Assembly: GCF_009914755.1 (NCBI RefSeq)
Contig: NC_060935.1
DNA from: the human T2T-CHM13v2.0 reference genome, Homo sapiens
Direction: 5' to 3' (one strand)
DNA: 64,000 bases
Part shown: positions 27,075 through 41,882 of the stretch, in pieces
Numbering within the stretch: the stretch's first letter is position 1
Layout: each line of letters starts with the position of its first letter
The notes under the pieces: generated by a model
The model's database searches: none
Told to the model about the DNA's origin: nothing
Seen by the model: only the letters and a program-made list of their open reading frames with translations
Program-made: the position numbers and the translations under genes

Positions 27075-27330
27075 ACTAGGATCTAGACACGGCCCCCTGA
27101 GCAGCAGGCTCAGAAGCACCTGGGGCGTGTTAGAAAGGCAGGTCCTCAGCCCCAGCCCAGAGCGCTGAGTCAGAACTGCATTGTTACAAGGCCCCTTGGT
27201 GACGCAGACGCACGCCCACACTTGGAAAGCACTGATCTAGTAGTCCATTTGTCTACTTCGACAGATTGGGAAACCCAGACTCAGAGAGGGAAACAGCCTA
27301 CTCCAGGGTCACACAGCTCACAAGTGGCAT
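27075..27330. mobile_element. MER5A-like remnant inside a MIR
   Basis: cacctggggcgtgttagaaaggcagg..ctgagtcagaactgcatt..ttggaaagcactg, then actcagagaggg..ccagggtcacacagct. Confidence 0.6.
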
Positions 27331-27531
27331 TGGAGGGGCGGGCGTACTAAATCCCAGGTGCCTGGGCCATTGCAGTTCCCTTGGCACTTGAGTGACTTCC
27401 TTGTGGGTCACTTGGCCCCCAGATCGTTTCTGTCATTTGGAGACAAATGGCAGAAGTGGGTGAAGCCCCTTCCCTGCCCCGGGCCCAGAATTCCTTCCCC
27501 TATCTTCCCCCGCATCCAGACCCCTCCTCAC

Positions 27532-27630
27532 CTCGGATGGAGCTGCCCCCATTGTCACCTGGAATCCAGGTCAGGGTGATGGACGAAGCTGAGGTTTTGG
27601 AGACAGTGAGGCGGGGCTGGTCCGGGGGAA
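27532..27630 (-). CDS. DSCAML1: DSCAML1 exon 24: FN3 domain 5, first half ([33 protein letters not shown])
   Basis: tcacag/gtgagg; 99 nt. Confidence 0.96.
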
Positions 27631-27912
27631 CTGTGAGGGGAAAGCCACCACCCCTTAGCACAAGGGCGGACCCTGTGATGGGGTGTGGGGAGTCCCCCCG
27701 TGACGGGAAGGTGCTGGCTCTCCCACACCCTCACTCCCACTCCCACTCCCCAGCTCTCCTGCCTCCCCTTCCATGTGCACCTCTGTTTCTCCAGAGGTCT
27801 GTCTCTCCCTTGGTTTGGCTTCTTCCATTCGATGACCCTCTCGCATGATGGAATCCCTACCCTTTCTCCATCCCTGTCCCCACCTGGGGTCACCTGCCTC
27901 ACAGAGCCTCAC

Positions 27913-28076
27913 CTTGCACCAGAAGGTTGACGATGATGGTGTCAAAGCCACCAGTGTTGGTGGCCGTGCACGTGTAGTAGCCAGAGTCCTCAGCCTTCAC
28001 TGCACGCAGCAGCAGTGTGCCATTGGTGTGGATGAGCCGGTGCCCATCCATGGACACTGGAATGGCCGAGTCTTCA
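27913..28076 (-). CDS. DSCAML1: DSCAML1 exon 23: Ig domain 10, second half (..NGTLLLRAVKAEDSGYYTCTATNTGG..)
   Basis: DxGxYxC Ig motif; tggcag/gtgagg; 164 nt. Confidence 0.97.
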
Positions 28077-28465
28077 CTGCCAGGGGCGAGGATGGGGCGG
28101 GTGGGTCATGTCAAGCACCCCTTCCTCCTGAGGCCCTCCCCCCGGTGTGTGACAAAGAGAGCTGGGGGTGGAAGGAGGCTCGCCAGGGAACGCCGGGTTC
28201 TTGGGGCTTTGCTCAGCACTCCCTGGGGGTATGAGGTAACCCAGCCTCTTTAACCATCCGGGGAAGGGAGGTCCTTGGCTCCCAAGAGGGGAGCCAGGAG
28301 GCCAGGCCTGCTTGAGAGAGCAGTAGCAGCACACCCTGCAGGGCCTCTGCAGGCCTGGAGGCAACCGGGTCACCAGGCAGGAGGGCCCCAGACTCTTCTC
28401 CACACCGCTCTTCTACTATATCCCTCTTTGGGGCCACCCCATCCCTCCACTGTCCCGACACACAC

Positions 28466-28583
28466 CTGTCCTTGGTCCACTTCACAGCAGGGGCTGGATC
28501 TCCCACTGAATTGCAAGGCAGCCGAACATCTTTCATCCAAGGTGTTGTCACGGTGCCCCCAAAGGAGATGATCTTTGCTGGGG
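28466..28583 (-). CDS. DSCAML1: DSCAML1 exon 22: Ig domain 10, first half ([39 protein letters not shown])
   Basis: Ig Cys and Trp; ctgtag/gtgtgt; 118 nt. Confidence 0.97.
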
Positions 28584-29050
28584 CTACAGGGAGGAGAGGA
28601 TGAGGGCCACTCCACTTCTACCCCTGCACAATATCCTGGCCTCCTTCCTTAGGGCCCCCTGGATTTACAGTTCAAATCCTCCCTCCCCGATCTGACCTCC
28701 ACCTTGGGCTTTTGGTGAGGGGTAGGTGTCAGGGAATATTGGCTGGGAGACATTGACTCAAGAAACATTGATGAAATACCAGTTATGGTCAGGATCACAA
28801 GAGGCTCTGAGGATTCAAAAAATGAGTATGATTTATTCCCTGTCCTCACGTTGATCACCATCCAAGAGGGAGACAGATACTTAAGGAAAAATTATAACGG
28901 GGCAAAATGCTATGGTAGGTGCAGGCACGAGGAAGCCTAGGGGTGCGAGGCAGGGGGAATGAATGCTGCCCATAAGTGGGCAGTGGAGGCAACGGCCGGG
29001 AATAGCATCTGGAATTGGAAGCTCTGACTTGAAGGTTAAGAAAGACTTTA

Positions 29051-29743
<693 letters not shown>

Positions 29744-30616
29744 TCAGAGCAAGAGCTGACAAAACTTAGGGTCTGGCTGGTTTGGGGGAAGAGAGCGGGG
29801 AGGGAAGGATGGCTCCCAGGATTCTGGCTGGGCCACCAAGGTGAGTGATGGCACCCTCATGGGAACAGGGCACACTGAAGGAGGGGCAGGCTTGGCAGGA
29901 AGGACCGGATGGCTTCATCTCATACTGAGTCCACAGTGCAGCCACAGCTGTAGCTAGACCACAGGTGGGTGCGTGTTCTGGAGCACCAGAGAGATGCCTG
30001 GACCAAAGACGCTGATCTGAGAGTCAGCAGGCATGATGAGGCCACAGGAGGGGATGCAGACTGACAGGGAAGTGACCAACTCTAGGATCAGCATGCACAG
30101 GCACAGAAGAGAGGACGGGAGTGTCCCAAGGGTGGTGGCGGAGGACTGGGTCAGCAGCATCACAGAAGGTGCGGGGCCACAGGTGCCCAGAGTGTGGTGG
30201 GTGGGTAAATGCATCTAGTGCCTGGGAGATCGCCAGGCCCAGATTTAAAGGAACCAAGTGCCCAAGTGCCTCAGAGAGTAGAGGAGGCCCATGGAGCTGG
30301 GGCCCTTCTTGGGGTGGAGGGAGAGTGAGAGTGAGGGAGCAGCTGAGAGGTTCAGGTGCATGGCGTGGGGGTGGGCTCCTGTGCTGGTCGTGCCAGGTGC
30401 CAAGGGGCTCTCAGAGCAGGGGAGTTCTGGGGTCTGCTTGGAGCAGTGGGGGCACCAGACAGGCCCGGCAGAGGGGTCCACATGAAGACGGCCTCCATGC
30501 GGGGGCGGTGAGAAGCCTGGGGGCTTTGTGGGTGTTCTCAGAGTTTCTCCAGAGATCAGGTTCCAGACCTGGTTTTGCCACAGGCTGGGGTTGGCTCCCT
30601 GAATCTGTGTCTCAGG

Positions 30617-31175
30617 GTGTGTGTGCATATGTGTGTGTATGTGTGGGTGTGTATGTGCATCTGCATGTGAGTGTGTGTATGTGTGTGTGTGTGTTAGTGT
30701 ATGTGTGTGCGCAGATGCGTGTTTGTGCACATGCATGTGAGTGCATGTTGTGTATGTGCATATGTGAGTGTGCACGTGTATGCATGTGTGTATGCGTGTG
30801 TATATGCGTATATGCATGTAGTGTGTATAGTGTGTATGTGTGTGCATGTGTGCATGTATTAGTGTGTCTAGTGTGTGTGTGCGTGTGTATGCATGTGCAT
30901 ATGTGTGTGCATGTATTAGTGTGTATAGTGTGTATGTGTGTATATGTGTGCATATGTGTATGCATGTATTAGTGTGTATAGTGTGTATGTGTGTGCATGT
31001 GTGTATGCATATATTAGTGTGTATAGTGTGTGTATGCATGTGTGTGCACATTAGTATGTGTATGTGCGTAAATGTATGTGTGGGTCTGTGTGTATAAGTG
31101 TGTGCGCGTGCATATGCATGTGTTTGTGCGTGTGCACATGTATGAGTGTGCAGTGTGTGTGTGCGTGTGTGTGTA
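30617..31175. repeat. Compound (TG/TA/CA)n microsatellite, ~560 bp
   Basis: Long alternating purine-pyrimidine tract; source of the C/V/M and H/T-rich pseudo-ORFs. Confidence 0.95.
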
Positions 31176-32532
31176 TGGGGGAAGGGGGCAGGAGTGGTTG
31201 TCTTTCCCACCTCACAGGGCGGCTGTGAGGTGACGCTGTGTGAATGTGTTCTAGGAAGTCCACAGCTCTCTAGGACCGTGTTTATTTAATGCCCCCAGGA
31301 GAAGAGGCCAGCCTTCTGCAAAGATGCCCAGCCCTCACACTCCTGCCTCTGGGCCAGTGCTAGCTGTTCTGGAAGGGTGATAGGCTTTAGGCCCCTTCCC
31401 TTCCTGAAGAAGAGGTTGGTGGTAGGGGTTAGGGGGTGGTAGGAGGTGCTGAGGCTGTGTGGAAAGAGCCCTGACTTGGCGCTGGGAGAGCTAGCTCACT
31501 CCTTCCCGGTTGTCTTTGCAGCCCATGCCACTCCTGCCTCAGGTTGCTCAGCTGTGGAATGGGTCAACAAGCCCTGCTGGCAGGGCAGGTGGAAGCCCCT
31601 GGCCCACCGTAGGCCCTCGATCAGATGCTGGCTGGCTCTGAGCCCGCGGCAGGGTAGGGCTTGGGGCTCTTGTGTTTGGGCCAAGAGAAGCTTGAGTGGC
31701 CCCGGTAGGCTGGCCAGGCTGCGCAGGCACCACCTCCTCTCGTCTGGGCTGCGGTGGATAAGAGAGTGGGGGAGTGAGGAGGGGCCCAGGGAGGCCCAAC
31801 GGCAAGTAGAGGACCTGCGGTCCTGGGCTAGTTGTGGCCAGTTCCTACGCCCCAGGGAGAGGCAGACGCTCAGCCTTGCAGCTCTACCTGCGCGGCTGCT
31901 ACAGCTTGCCCTTGGGATGAGGCCTTGGAAGTGTCATTCCTCTGAAAAGTGGGGGTGCAGCCCCCATGGCACACCCATGTCCCGGTCAGAGATTCAGTGG
32001 GGCACTCCCTAAGAGGGTCTGATTCTAGCCCAGAGCCTTCCTTCACAGCACGCGCTCCGTAAAGGTCTGCGGATCGCAGGAATCCGCCATCGCTGGAATC
32101 ACCCCTGCCCGGTGTCCAGTTCAGCACGGGGGCTCTCCTTTGAGCCTCAGCTGCTCTGTGGAAGCAGCACACCCGGCTGTAGCCACCTCTGGAGGAGCTG
32201 AGCATTGGGACAAAGGCCCGGCTTTGAATTGGGGGTAGAGGCGACTCCCCCTTTTTCAAGCTGGGAGTAGGGTTTGGACTCGGGAACTGAGTGCACCCTG
32301 TCCACCCGCCCCAGGCAAGAGCCGGAGGCAGCCTGTTGTGAGGCTTTGCTGGAGTCAGGGGGCAGCAGAGGCCCAGTCTTGGTGTGTGCGGGAGGCAGGC
32401 GGGTGGCCAGTTCCTCACAGCTGGGTGGCAGATAAAGCGGAGCAGGCAGAGACCCTGTCTGGGGAGAACCAGGATTCTGTAAGGGAGCTTTTGGAAGTGT
32501 TTGCCCCTCTGCCACAGCCTCAGGCTTCTCAC

Positions 32533-32686
32533 CCTTGCCAGCAGGCTCGATGGTCACCTTCTCGCTGCTGTTGCCCCGGCCGGCAGAGGTGACGGCGGCC
32601 ACCCACAGCAGATACTGCTGACCGCGGTTTAGGTGGGCGATCCGGTAGAAGAGCTGCTCTGGACTCGTCTCGTACTCGCTGGGAGC
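32533..32686 (-). CDS. DSCAML1: DSCAML1 exon 21: FN3 domain 4, second half (APSEYETSPEQLFYRIAHLNRGQQYLLWVAAVTSAGRG...PAGK)
   Basis: ccgcag/gtgaga; 154 nt, phase 0 to 1. Confidence 0.97.
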
Positions 32687-34682
32687 CTGCGGGGCAGAGG
32701 CAAAGAGGCTCTAAGAAGCAGAACTGGGGCCCTCCAGCGTCCAAATCTTCCTCAGTGCCCGGGGCTCAGAGGAGAGGATGGCGGGGTCGGATGCGAGGCA
32801 GGATTCTGTCCTATTTGCCCTTTCCAAGTTTTAGAGATGCAGCGGACAGAGTGTGCCCTGGGTTTGGTCCCTGGGAGCTGATGGGCCTGCCTCGCGGTGT
32901 TGCTGGGTCAGCCTCAGTTTACCTCTTTAACTGATCCACGCTCTGGCAGCTGTGGCTCAGGCCAGGGGATGTGAGTACTTTAGGTGAGGGACGGGGTAGC
33001 CAGGAGAAGGGAGAATGGGGGACAGGGGGTCCCAGGAAAGCCCTGAGGAAAGAGTCTTCAGGAAGAAGGCAAATGACTGCCTCTGCCTGATGAGGGTTGG
33101 AGACAGGCTCCTGCAGCCTGCTCTGGCTCCCGTCACCTCCTAGCCCTGCCGTCTAATTACCACTCCTGCATTTTGCAGGCAGCACGCCCGCCCGTCCAGG
33201 GAGGAGGGGGCGGGAGAAGGAACTATGAAAGCTTTACTGGGTAGCACTTTATTAATGATTATTAGTGGTATAGATCACCATATATATTTGTAGGTTATAC
33301 AAATCTATAAAATTTTTTTTAACAAAATGACAGTTTTGACAAGTTGCCAACAAAACAATATCGGATCCCAGTGGTTTTACCAGTTGCTTTGATGAAAAGA
33401 TTATGTTGCCTTGGAAACCAGAGGCTCAGATATTGAAATGAATTTGAGAAGGAGCTTTTGATAAGCGCTAGTTTGCAGACCTCCTGTCAGCCTCTTCCCT
33501 GGCACGGGCGGGATGGGGCTGACTTTCATTTTATTTTATTTTTTGGTCAGCCGCAGGGAAGGGAGAGGAGGACAGCACCAGGGCCCCTTTGAAAACAGAG
33601 CGGAAGTCCAGGGAGGGAGAGCAGCCCCAGAACAGATGGGGGCCCGAGGCCAGAGGGAGCTAATAATTAGTTATCTCTGCAGTCACAGGATCTTGCACAC
33701 ACACGCTCACAAGCACACACACATGTAGACGCATGCACACATGCTGAGGAACAGACCTCCAGGCATGTATGGGCACAGAGGGACATTCTTCATGCCCCAT
33801 AGTGGGGCTGAGAGGCCCAATAACTTATAACAGGAGGAGACATCCTTTTTGGCCCCAGGCCATCTGCAGGGAAATGTTAGGGGAAAAGGCACAGGCATCT
33901 CTGCAACACACACACACAGCTCCCTGGCATATTCCTCCTGCCTCCCTCGTGGGGGTCTGGCCTTGAATCCAGGAGGTCCGGGGGGGCAGGTGCAGAGCCA
34001 CCCTTGAGCCCTGGTGGTTGGGAAGCCCTTTCAGGCCACAGCACCCTGGGACTGGTGTGCGTATCTGTCGTTGATATGTGCTTGAAGTGTGGGGTAGTGT
34101 AGTGGCTTCAACACCCTCCTGCCCTTCCTCCTGGGCATACAGCCCGTAAGGTTGCCCATAGTTTCTGGACGCTGTTTTCTCTCTTGCAAACTAGGGAAGC
34201 AATACAGCTCTGCCCAACCTGTGTGTGACTGAGGCACAAGGAGGCAGGGGTGTGCACGTCCTTTGTAAACTAGGACATATTCTTCTCCGGGCTTGTTTTT
34301 GGTGACAGTACAGGAACGTATGTGTTTCTATGTACATGTGCATGTGTGGAGAACAGCTGAGTGTATGTGCTTGTGTGCATCAGTGTATACCTGAGTGTAT
34401 ATTTGTGCCTACACAGGCAGGGCAAGAAAGTTTGGCCTCTTCTTGTAGGTATTAGCATCCAACCCAGATACTGGGCGCTTTCCTTTTAACCTGGACACCC
34501 CGTGAGTCTCCTGAAATCATGTTCAAAAGCACACAGACATAGCCCCAAATAAAGTTCCAGTGGATCAAAGGTTTTTGAAAAAAGGCAAGCTATGAAAGAA
34601 GAAACTATAGGTAAATATTTACCCATTTTTCTAATCATAAAAATCAAGGCAAAATCATAAATGGAAATGATTGATAAATTCA

Positions 34683-35046
<364 letters not shown>

Positions 35047-35651
35047 TCAATAGGAAAGCAATGAATTGGCAGATACTTGCAACTTATATGACAGAAAATG
35101 GCTATTATCCTTAATATGTAAAGAACACTTATAAATCAATAAGAAAAATATGAGAAACCCAAACAGAAACCTGGACAAAGGACGTAAATTGACAATTACC
35201 CAAAGAAGAAAAATATAGCCAATAAACATATACAACCTAACTAGTAACCAAAGAAAGGTACTTTAAAATAAGGCACATTTATAAAAAATCCATCTAACAA
35301 AAATAAAGCAGAACAAATCAGAAAACAAATGTGGGATCAGCATAGGTGCAAAGGACAATACTGTTGGCCACTCACCCTGCTGGTAGAAACATACATGGGT
35401 GCAAATGCTCCGAAGGGCAATTTGTAAGTCTGTATGCAGAACTTTAAGAATACTTATTCTTTGTGACCCAGGAATTCCTATAGAAATTTACCCTAAGAAA
35501 ATATTAAAATATGTGCATAAAGATTTCTGTGAAGGATGTTCATTGAGACGTAATTTATAATGGTGAAAATTTCAAAGACACATTAAATACAGAACAATGG
35601 GAGACTGGTTAAGTAGATTCTGTATAAACAGCCACTCAAGATCATGTTTTA

Positions 35652-35950
<299 letters not shown>

Positions 35951-36108
35951 GTTTTAGAAGAATATCTGATGGTGTAGGAAAGCACCAACAGGTATTCCAT
36001 GAAAAAAGCAGATTGCATTACGTTATGTATAATATTATTTTAATTTGGTTTAATGAAACACCTCAAAACCTGTACTATGTGTACAGATCAAAGACTGGAA
36101 GACTATAT

Positions 36109-36162
36109 ACCAGTGTTTATCTGTAGGAAGTACATCACCAGTGTTTATCTGTAGGAAGTACA
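36109..36162. repeat. Perfect 26-bp direct repeat, period 28
   Basis: accagtgtttatctgtaggaagtaca at 36109-36134 and 36137-36162. Confidence 0.95.
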
Positions 36163-37419
36163 AGTAATTTTTACTTTCCTCTCTATTCTTTTATATGTTT
36201 TACAGATTTTCTATAATAAAATTGCATTATTTTTATAATCAGTGAAAAATGTATTATATTATTAGTAAAATGTCTACCAGGATTCAGTGTAGCTGTGGCC
36301 ATCCCCAGGGGTAGCTTCCCTAGAGCCAAGGCCATACACAGTCTTTTCTGAGGATGCCACAGGTATGGTTCATCCGCTCCCGCCAGCATGTGTGAGCACA
36401 CACAGTCTCAGGTATCTGCCTATAATTCCAGGCTCATGCCACAGTTTTGCACTGTCACTGATACGCGCGTGTGCCCTCACCCCTAGCACCCTCTCCCAGA
36501 GCTGTCTTTCATAAATGAGTTTGTGTTGAAATTGTTTGGAATTTGGAATATATTTGTGCAAAGTGATCACGTCACACACAGTGGTTAGGTCCCCAGGTCC
36601 CTCACTAAGTTCAGTTTCCCCCCAACCTTTGACCCCAGTCCCCCTACAGGGCTGAACTGAAGTTCTCATCACATCAGCAGGACTTGTGTGATACTGTCTG
36701 ATGGCAAATCGCAAGACATGAAGAAGATGGAGGGAGGGTCCCAATGTCTCCATCAGCAGGAGGAGGGGACGGGGACCAGGAGCTCTGTTCCGGAGCCCGG
36801 GAGAGGAGCCTGAAGCCTGAGTTAGTGAGGAGGCGTGGCTCCCGGACACCAACCTTGGAAAGACTTCATTATCAGAGGAGGAAATGACTGCAAAAGTCCA
36901 GGCTAGAGAATGACTACCCTCTCCCACCAATTAAGGAACAGAAGCTTGCCCAATATCTGAGGCTATAGAATTGCTAGGCTGCTACCGATTCATTCTTCGA
37001 ATGTGTATTCCATGACCAGGATGTTCCAGGCACAGTGTTCAGCCTCTGGGGACCCAAAGATGAAAAGATGCTGCCCCTGTCCTCGTGGGGGCCTCAGAAA
37101 CCAGGGTGGGAGACAGATATGTGAACAGTGACTGCCTTCAAATGCATTCAGTGTCTGACGGGAGTGAGGAACGTGCCACGGGAAGAAGCCGCGGGGCAAA
37201 GGTGTGGAGGTGTGAAGAGGCACAGTATTGTCCAGAATTGTGAACAGCTTAGTGTCCTGAGAGCCTAGAATGTGTGTGTGTGTGTGGGGGGTGGGTAGAG
37301 TTGGGGGGAGACGGGAAAACAGAGCAGGACACATGGCTGAAAGCATTGCCCAAAACACACCAAGTGTCTGTGCTGATGTGGAGTCACTGGAACTCTTATC
37401 CCCTGTGAGTGGGGGTGTG

Positions 37420-37995
37420 ATTGGCATGAGCACCCAACAATGGCAGGCTGTTCTCAGTGAACACCTGCAAACTCTGTGACCTAGCGCTTCCTCTCCTAGG
37501 CGTACACCTGGCAGAGATCCATGCCCATGAGCACCCAGAGACACATACAGGAATGTTCACAGCAGCACCATTTGAAGAGTTCCAAACTGAAAACTGCCCC
37601 AAAGCCTTCCATCAATGGATACTAACGGCTAGCCCAATGGATTAATAATCATAACATATGCACACAAAAGCTATACAGAAGAATGAATGAGCTATAACCA
37701 CATACAACAACGCGAATGAAATTCAGGAATTCAAAATAATGTTGGGTAAAAGAAGCTGGACAAATGGTATGATTCCATTTACACAAAGTACAAAAAGAAG
37801 CAGCACTAATCTATGCTATTGAGGTCAGGATGATGGTTACCTGGGAGGAGGGGCAGGCGGGAGCTGGAAGGGGGCATGGGGATTCAGGGTGTTGTAATGT
37901 CCTGTTCTGTGCTCTGGGCGCTGCTGCTTGGGTGGGTTGTGAAAATTCGCGGAGGTCTACAGTGATGACGTTTGTGCACTTTGCTGCATGTGAGG
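37420..37995 (+). mobile_element. Old L1 (L1ME-like) 3' remnant
   Basis: gaatgttcacagcagca..atgattccatttacacaaagt..ctaatctatgcta..gtcaggatgatggttacc. Confidence 0.7.
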
Positions 37996-39195
37996 TAGTG
38001 GCCGTGAGGATGGAGTGGGGGGCCGCAGTCAGTGGGCTTCCCCTCTGGTAATAGAACTCTGGTCTCACTGGCGGGGAGCTGGGCCACCTACCACTCAGAG
38101 GGTAATTCAGAAAGACCACAGGAAAGCAGAGAGTATAGGAGGAGATGATGACACAATTACTGAGCAATTTCAGGGCAGCTTTCCTGGTGGCCATAAGCTT
38201 ATCTGCAGATCTCAGGCTGATGCCCAGTTGTTGATGGAGGGAGGAGCAGGCCTCCTGCTCCTGCTTCTGCTCCTTGCTTCCGTTCCTTGCTTCCAGCCCT
38301 GGGCACATCTTCCTGACAGTACTCCTGCCCCTCTAGTGTGCTCCCCTCTGCCATCCACCTCCACTAGACTGGAAGCCCCTTGAGGGCAGGTATCTGCTCC
38401 TGCTCCCGTACCTAGAACAGGCATTCTCTATAGTAGTCACTCAGCAGGACTTGGTGGTTGACTGGCTGGAGATGATGAAAGAGGCAGAGGGGAAAATACA
38501 TATGATGGGATATAGGTGCATATCCCACTGCACCCATCCCCATCCTCCCTTCCCTCTCTGTGGGGCCCCTCAGAGCATCAGTGGAAGGGCGGCTAGCCCC
38601 TTGCCCTATGTCCTGCCTGGGGGCTGCCCCCTCTGCTCCCAGGGTTAGGGCAGATATCGCAGCCTCTCAATCCTCTCCTCTCGCCTGAGCCCAGGCCCTG
38701 GTCGAGAGACGCCTGTGCCTTCTCTCGGCTTTCCCCCGTCTTTCCTCCTCCCTCAGCTTGCTCCATGTGGAGGCGCTTATGCAGGGCAGAGCTCCAACAG
38801 CACCTCCAAGCCCAGACCAACCATGTTGAAAGATGGTTCATTCCCAGAGGGCACAGACCAGCCTGGGGACCTGCTGGGAGCTTCCTCTGAGCCAGAGCAG
38901 AAGAGCTGAGGCTGACCTCCCTTCCACCCTGCCTGGTTGGGCATGGCCCACCTGACTCAAAAGAGCCCCCAGTGTTTGTGACAATCTTGTGGCCTCTGGA
39001 ACAGAGGACTGACCCAAGATGGACACTGAGTAAGGCTTCGGCCACTCTGGGTGGCCAGTCCCCATTCTTATCTATGAATCCAGGCAGAAGCTCAGATACA
39101 GGCAGCCTCAGGGTTTGGCCTGGAAGCCGGCTGATGTACAAGGTCCCTTTTCTTTTCTTCCATCCCCTTCATCATCTGGCCCTGAACTCACTTAC

Positions 39196-39335
39196 CGGCT
39201 GGCCAGACCCGGGGCTGGAACAGAAGATGGTGTACTTGCGGATCACCCCGTTGGGCTTGGTAGGGGGGAGCCAAGACACAACCACACTGCTAGCTGATGA
39301 AGGGACAGCTTTGATGCCAGCAGGGGGACCTGGAA
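39196..39335 (-). CDS. DSCAML1: DSCAML1 exon 20: FN3 domain 4, first half ([47 protein letters not shown])
   Basis: gctcag/gtaagt; 140 nt. Confidence 0.97.
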
Positions 39336-40181
39336 CTGAGCAGGGAGAAGGCCTGGTCAGTTGAGAGAAAGCAGGAGCACAGCCTTTGGGGAAAATGACA
39401 GAGTTGGGAGAGGGAGGCAGATCAATCTGGGAGAGCTTCTTGGAGGTGGCATCCTTGAGCTGTGGTTTAGAAGGGGAGGGTCCATCCAGCATGGTAAACA
39501 GGTGGGAGGAGAAAATGATCATTTTGGAATTGTAACGAAGTCTCTGAAATGGAGGCCCTTGGAGTGCCAGCTTCAGAACTGTTTGGCCAGAACCAAGGAC
39601 TTAGGATAGGCAAAAGAGAAACAGAACCTATGAGGAATTCATCTTGATCCCTCTGACCTTAACCCCTGACCCTCACCCCCTTACTAACTGTAAGCATGTA
39701 TTTAGGGGGAAAATACCCGGCACCTGTCACTTTCCTTTTTGGCCTGTGAGTTTCTTGAAGCTGGGACCACAACCTGTTTTCTGGCATGAGCCCAGGGCAT
39801 TGCCCTTGGAGTGCTGGCTGGGCCCTTTCTGGAAGAAAGTCTACCTTAGAAGTCACTAGGAAATCCATCCTAAGTGGATTCCAACTCTTATGGACTCTGA
39901 TGTCCCCTTGCCCTCCTCTCTGGGCCTGTCTCTCCTAACTGGGACCCCAGGACTCTGCCTGGGAGACTGGAAGCTTCCTGCTCTCAGCTCACACTCCCTA
40001 TCCTCATCTCTCCATTGTATGGTTGTGTACTTGTTTCCTTTCTAGAAACTTTTATGATCTTTTGAGGACAGTGATAGCATCCCATTCAATTTATTTTACC
40101 TCTCTGAGCCTCCGTTTCCCTATCTATACAATGGAGATAAGAACTCTATTAAAAGGTTGTATTGAGAATTAGTGCTAATTA

Positions 40182-40514
<333 letters not shown>

Positions 40515-41579
40515 TCAATAAATTGTAACGATTATTATTTTTGCATTCTGTCTCTAACTCTCAGCTGATGGCACCTACCTCAATGTTTTCTTTCCTAGTC
40601 AATCATTTGGGGCTAAATAAAATAACTAGATACAGCGTCATCATCCTTCTGGGGGCCTGAGTCCAGAACCTGGGAATTGTTCTTGACTCCACCTGTCCTC
40701 CCTGCTACACAGTCCTGTGTGTCACTTCTGCTGGATGTCTCTGCAGCTGTGGGGTAAACGAGTCCATGGATGGCCACTGGGGTAAGTGCACTAATTGGAG
40801 TGTTCAAATCTCTATCCTTGCATACTTTTTTCCTATCAGTTATTGAACGAGGTGTGTCAAAGTCTTCCACTGTGGTTGTGAATTTGTCTCTTTCTCCATG
40901 TAATTCATCAGTTTTTGTTTTTTATATTTTGAGGCGATATTATTGAGTACATTCAAATTTAGAATTGTTTTATTTGCCTAGTAAATTGAGTCTTTTATCA
41001 GAACAAAGGGTTCCTCTTTATCTCTACAAATTCTTTTTGCCTTATAGTATGTCTGACACTAATATTCCAGTTTTCTATTAGACAGTTTGAATGATATGTC
41101 TTATTTTTTCCATTCATGTTGAACCTTTCTATACCCTTATGTTTTAGACATCTCCTGTAAACAGTACATATTTGGGTATTGTTTTTCACCTACCATTCTG
41201 ACAGTCTTTATCTTTTAATTGGAGGATTTAGTTAATTTATCTTTAATGCAATTATTGTTATATTCAGGTTTAAATATACCATCTTATTAAATACTTTCTA
41301 TTTGTCTCATCTATCCTATCCCCATTTTTCTTTTTCTTTTCTTTTGTGGCTTCTTTAATTAAGTCAAATAAAAAATATTCTATTTTCCTCCCTCTATTAG
41401 CTTGACTGTTACACAGTCTTTCACTACTTTTAGTGGTTCCATAATAGATTACAACATGAATCTTTAGTTTACCAAAGTCTAATATCAATGGGCACTTTTC
41501 TTCTCAGACAATGCAATGACCTTAGAGCTTCCATTTACCCTGTCCCAACCTTGCCATTGTTGTGTATCTTATTTCACTT

Positions 41580-41882
41580 TATTTTCATTTTTTTTGAGAC
41601 AGACTCTCACTCTGTTGCTCAGGCTGAAGTGCAGTGGTGTGGTCTCGGCTCACTCACTGCAACCTCCACCTCCCGGGTTCCAGCAATTCTCCTGCCTCAG
41701 CCTCCTAAGTAACTGGGACTATGGGCGCCCACCATGATGCCAGGTTAATTTTTGTATTTTTAGTAGAGACGGGGTTTCACCATGTTGGCCAGGCTGGTCT
41801 CAAACTCTTGACCTCAAGTGATCCACCGGCCTCGGCCTCCCAAAGTGCTGGGACTACAGGCTTGAGCCACCATGTCCAACCC
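41580..41882 (-). mobile_element. AluS
   Basis: Antisense dimeric Alu. Confidence 0.92.

Noticed and set aside
30121-31263. Long ORFs (283 and 321 aa) rich in C/V/M or H/T
   Set aside because: Translations of the TG/CA microsatellite.
36109-36162. CRISPR-like direct repeat
   Set aside because: Only two copies with a 2-nt spacer in human intron DNA.
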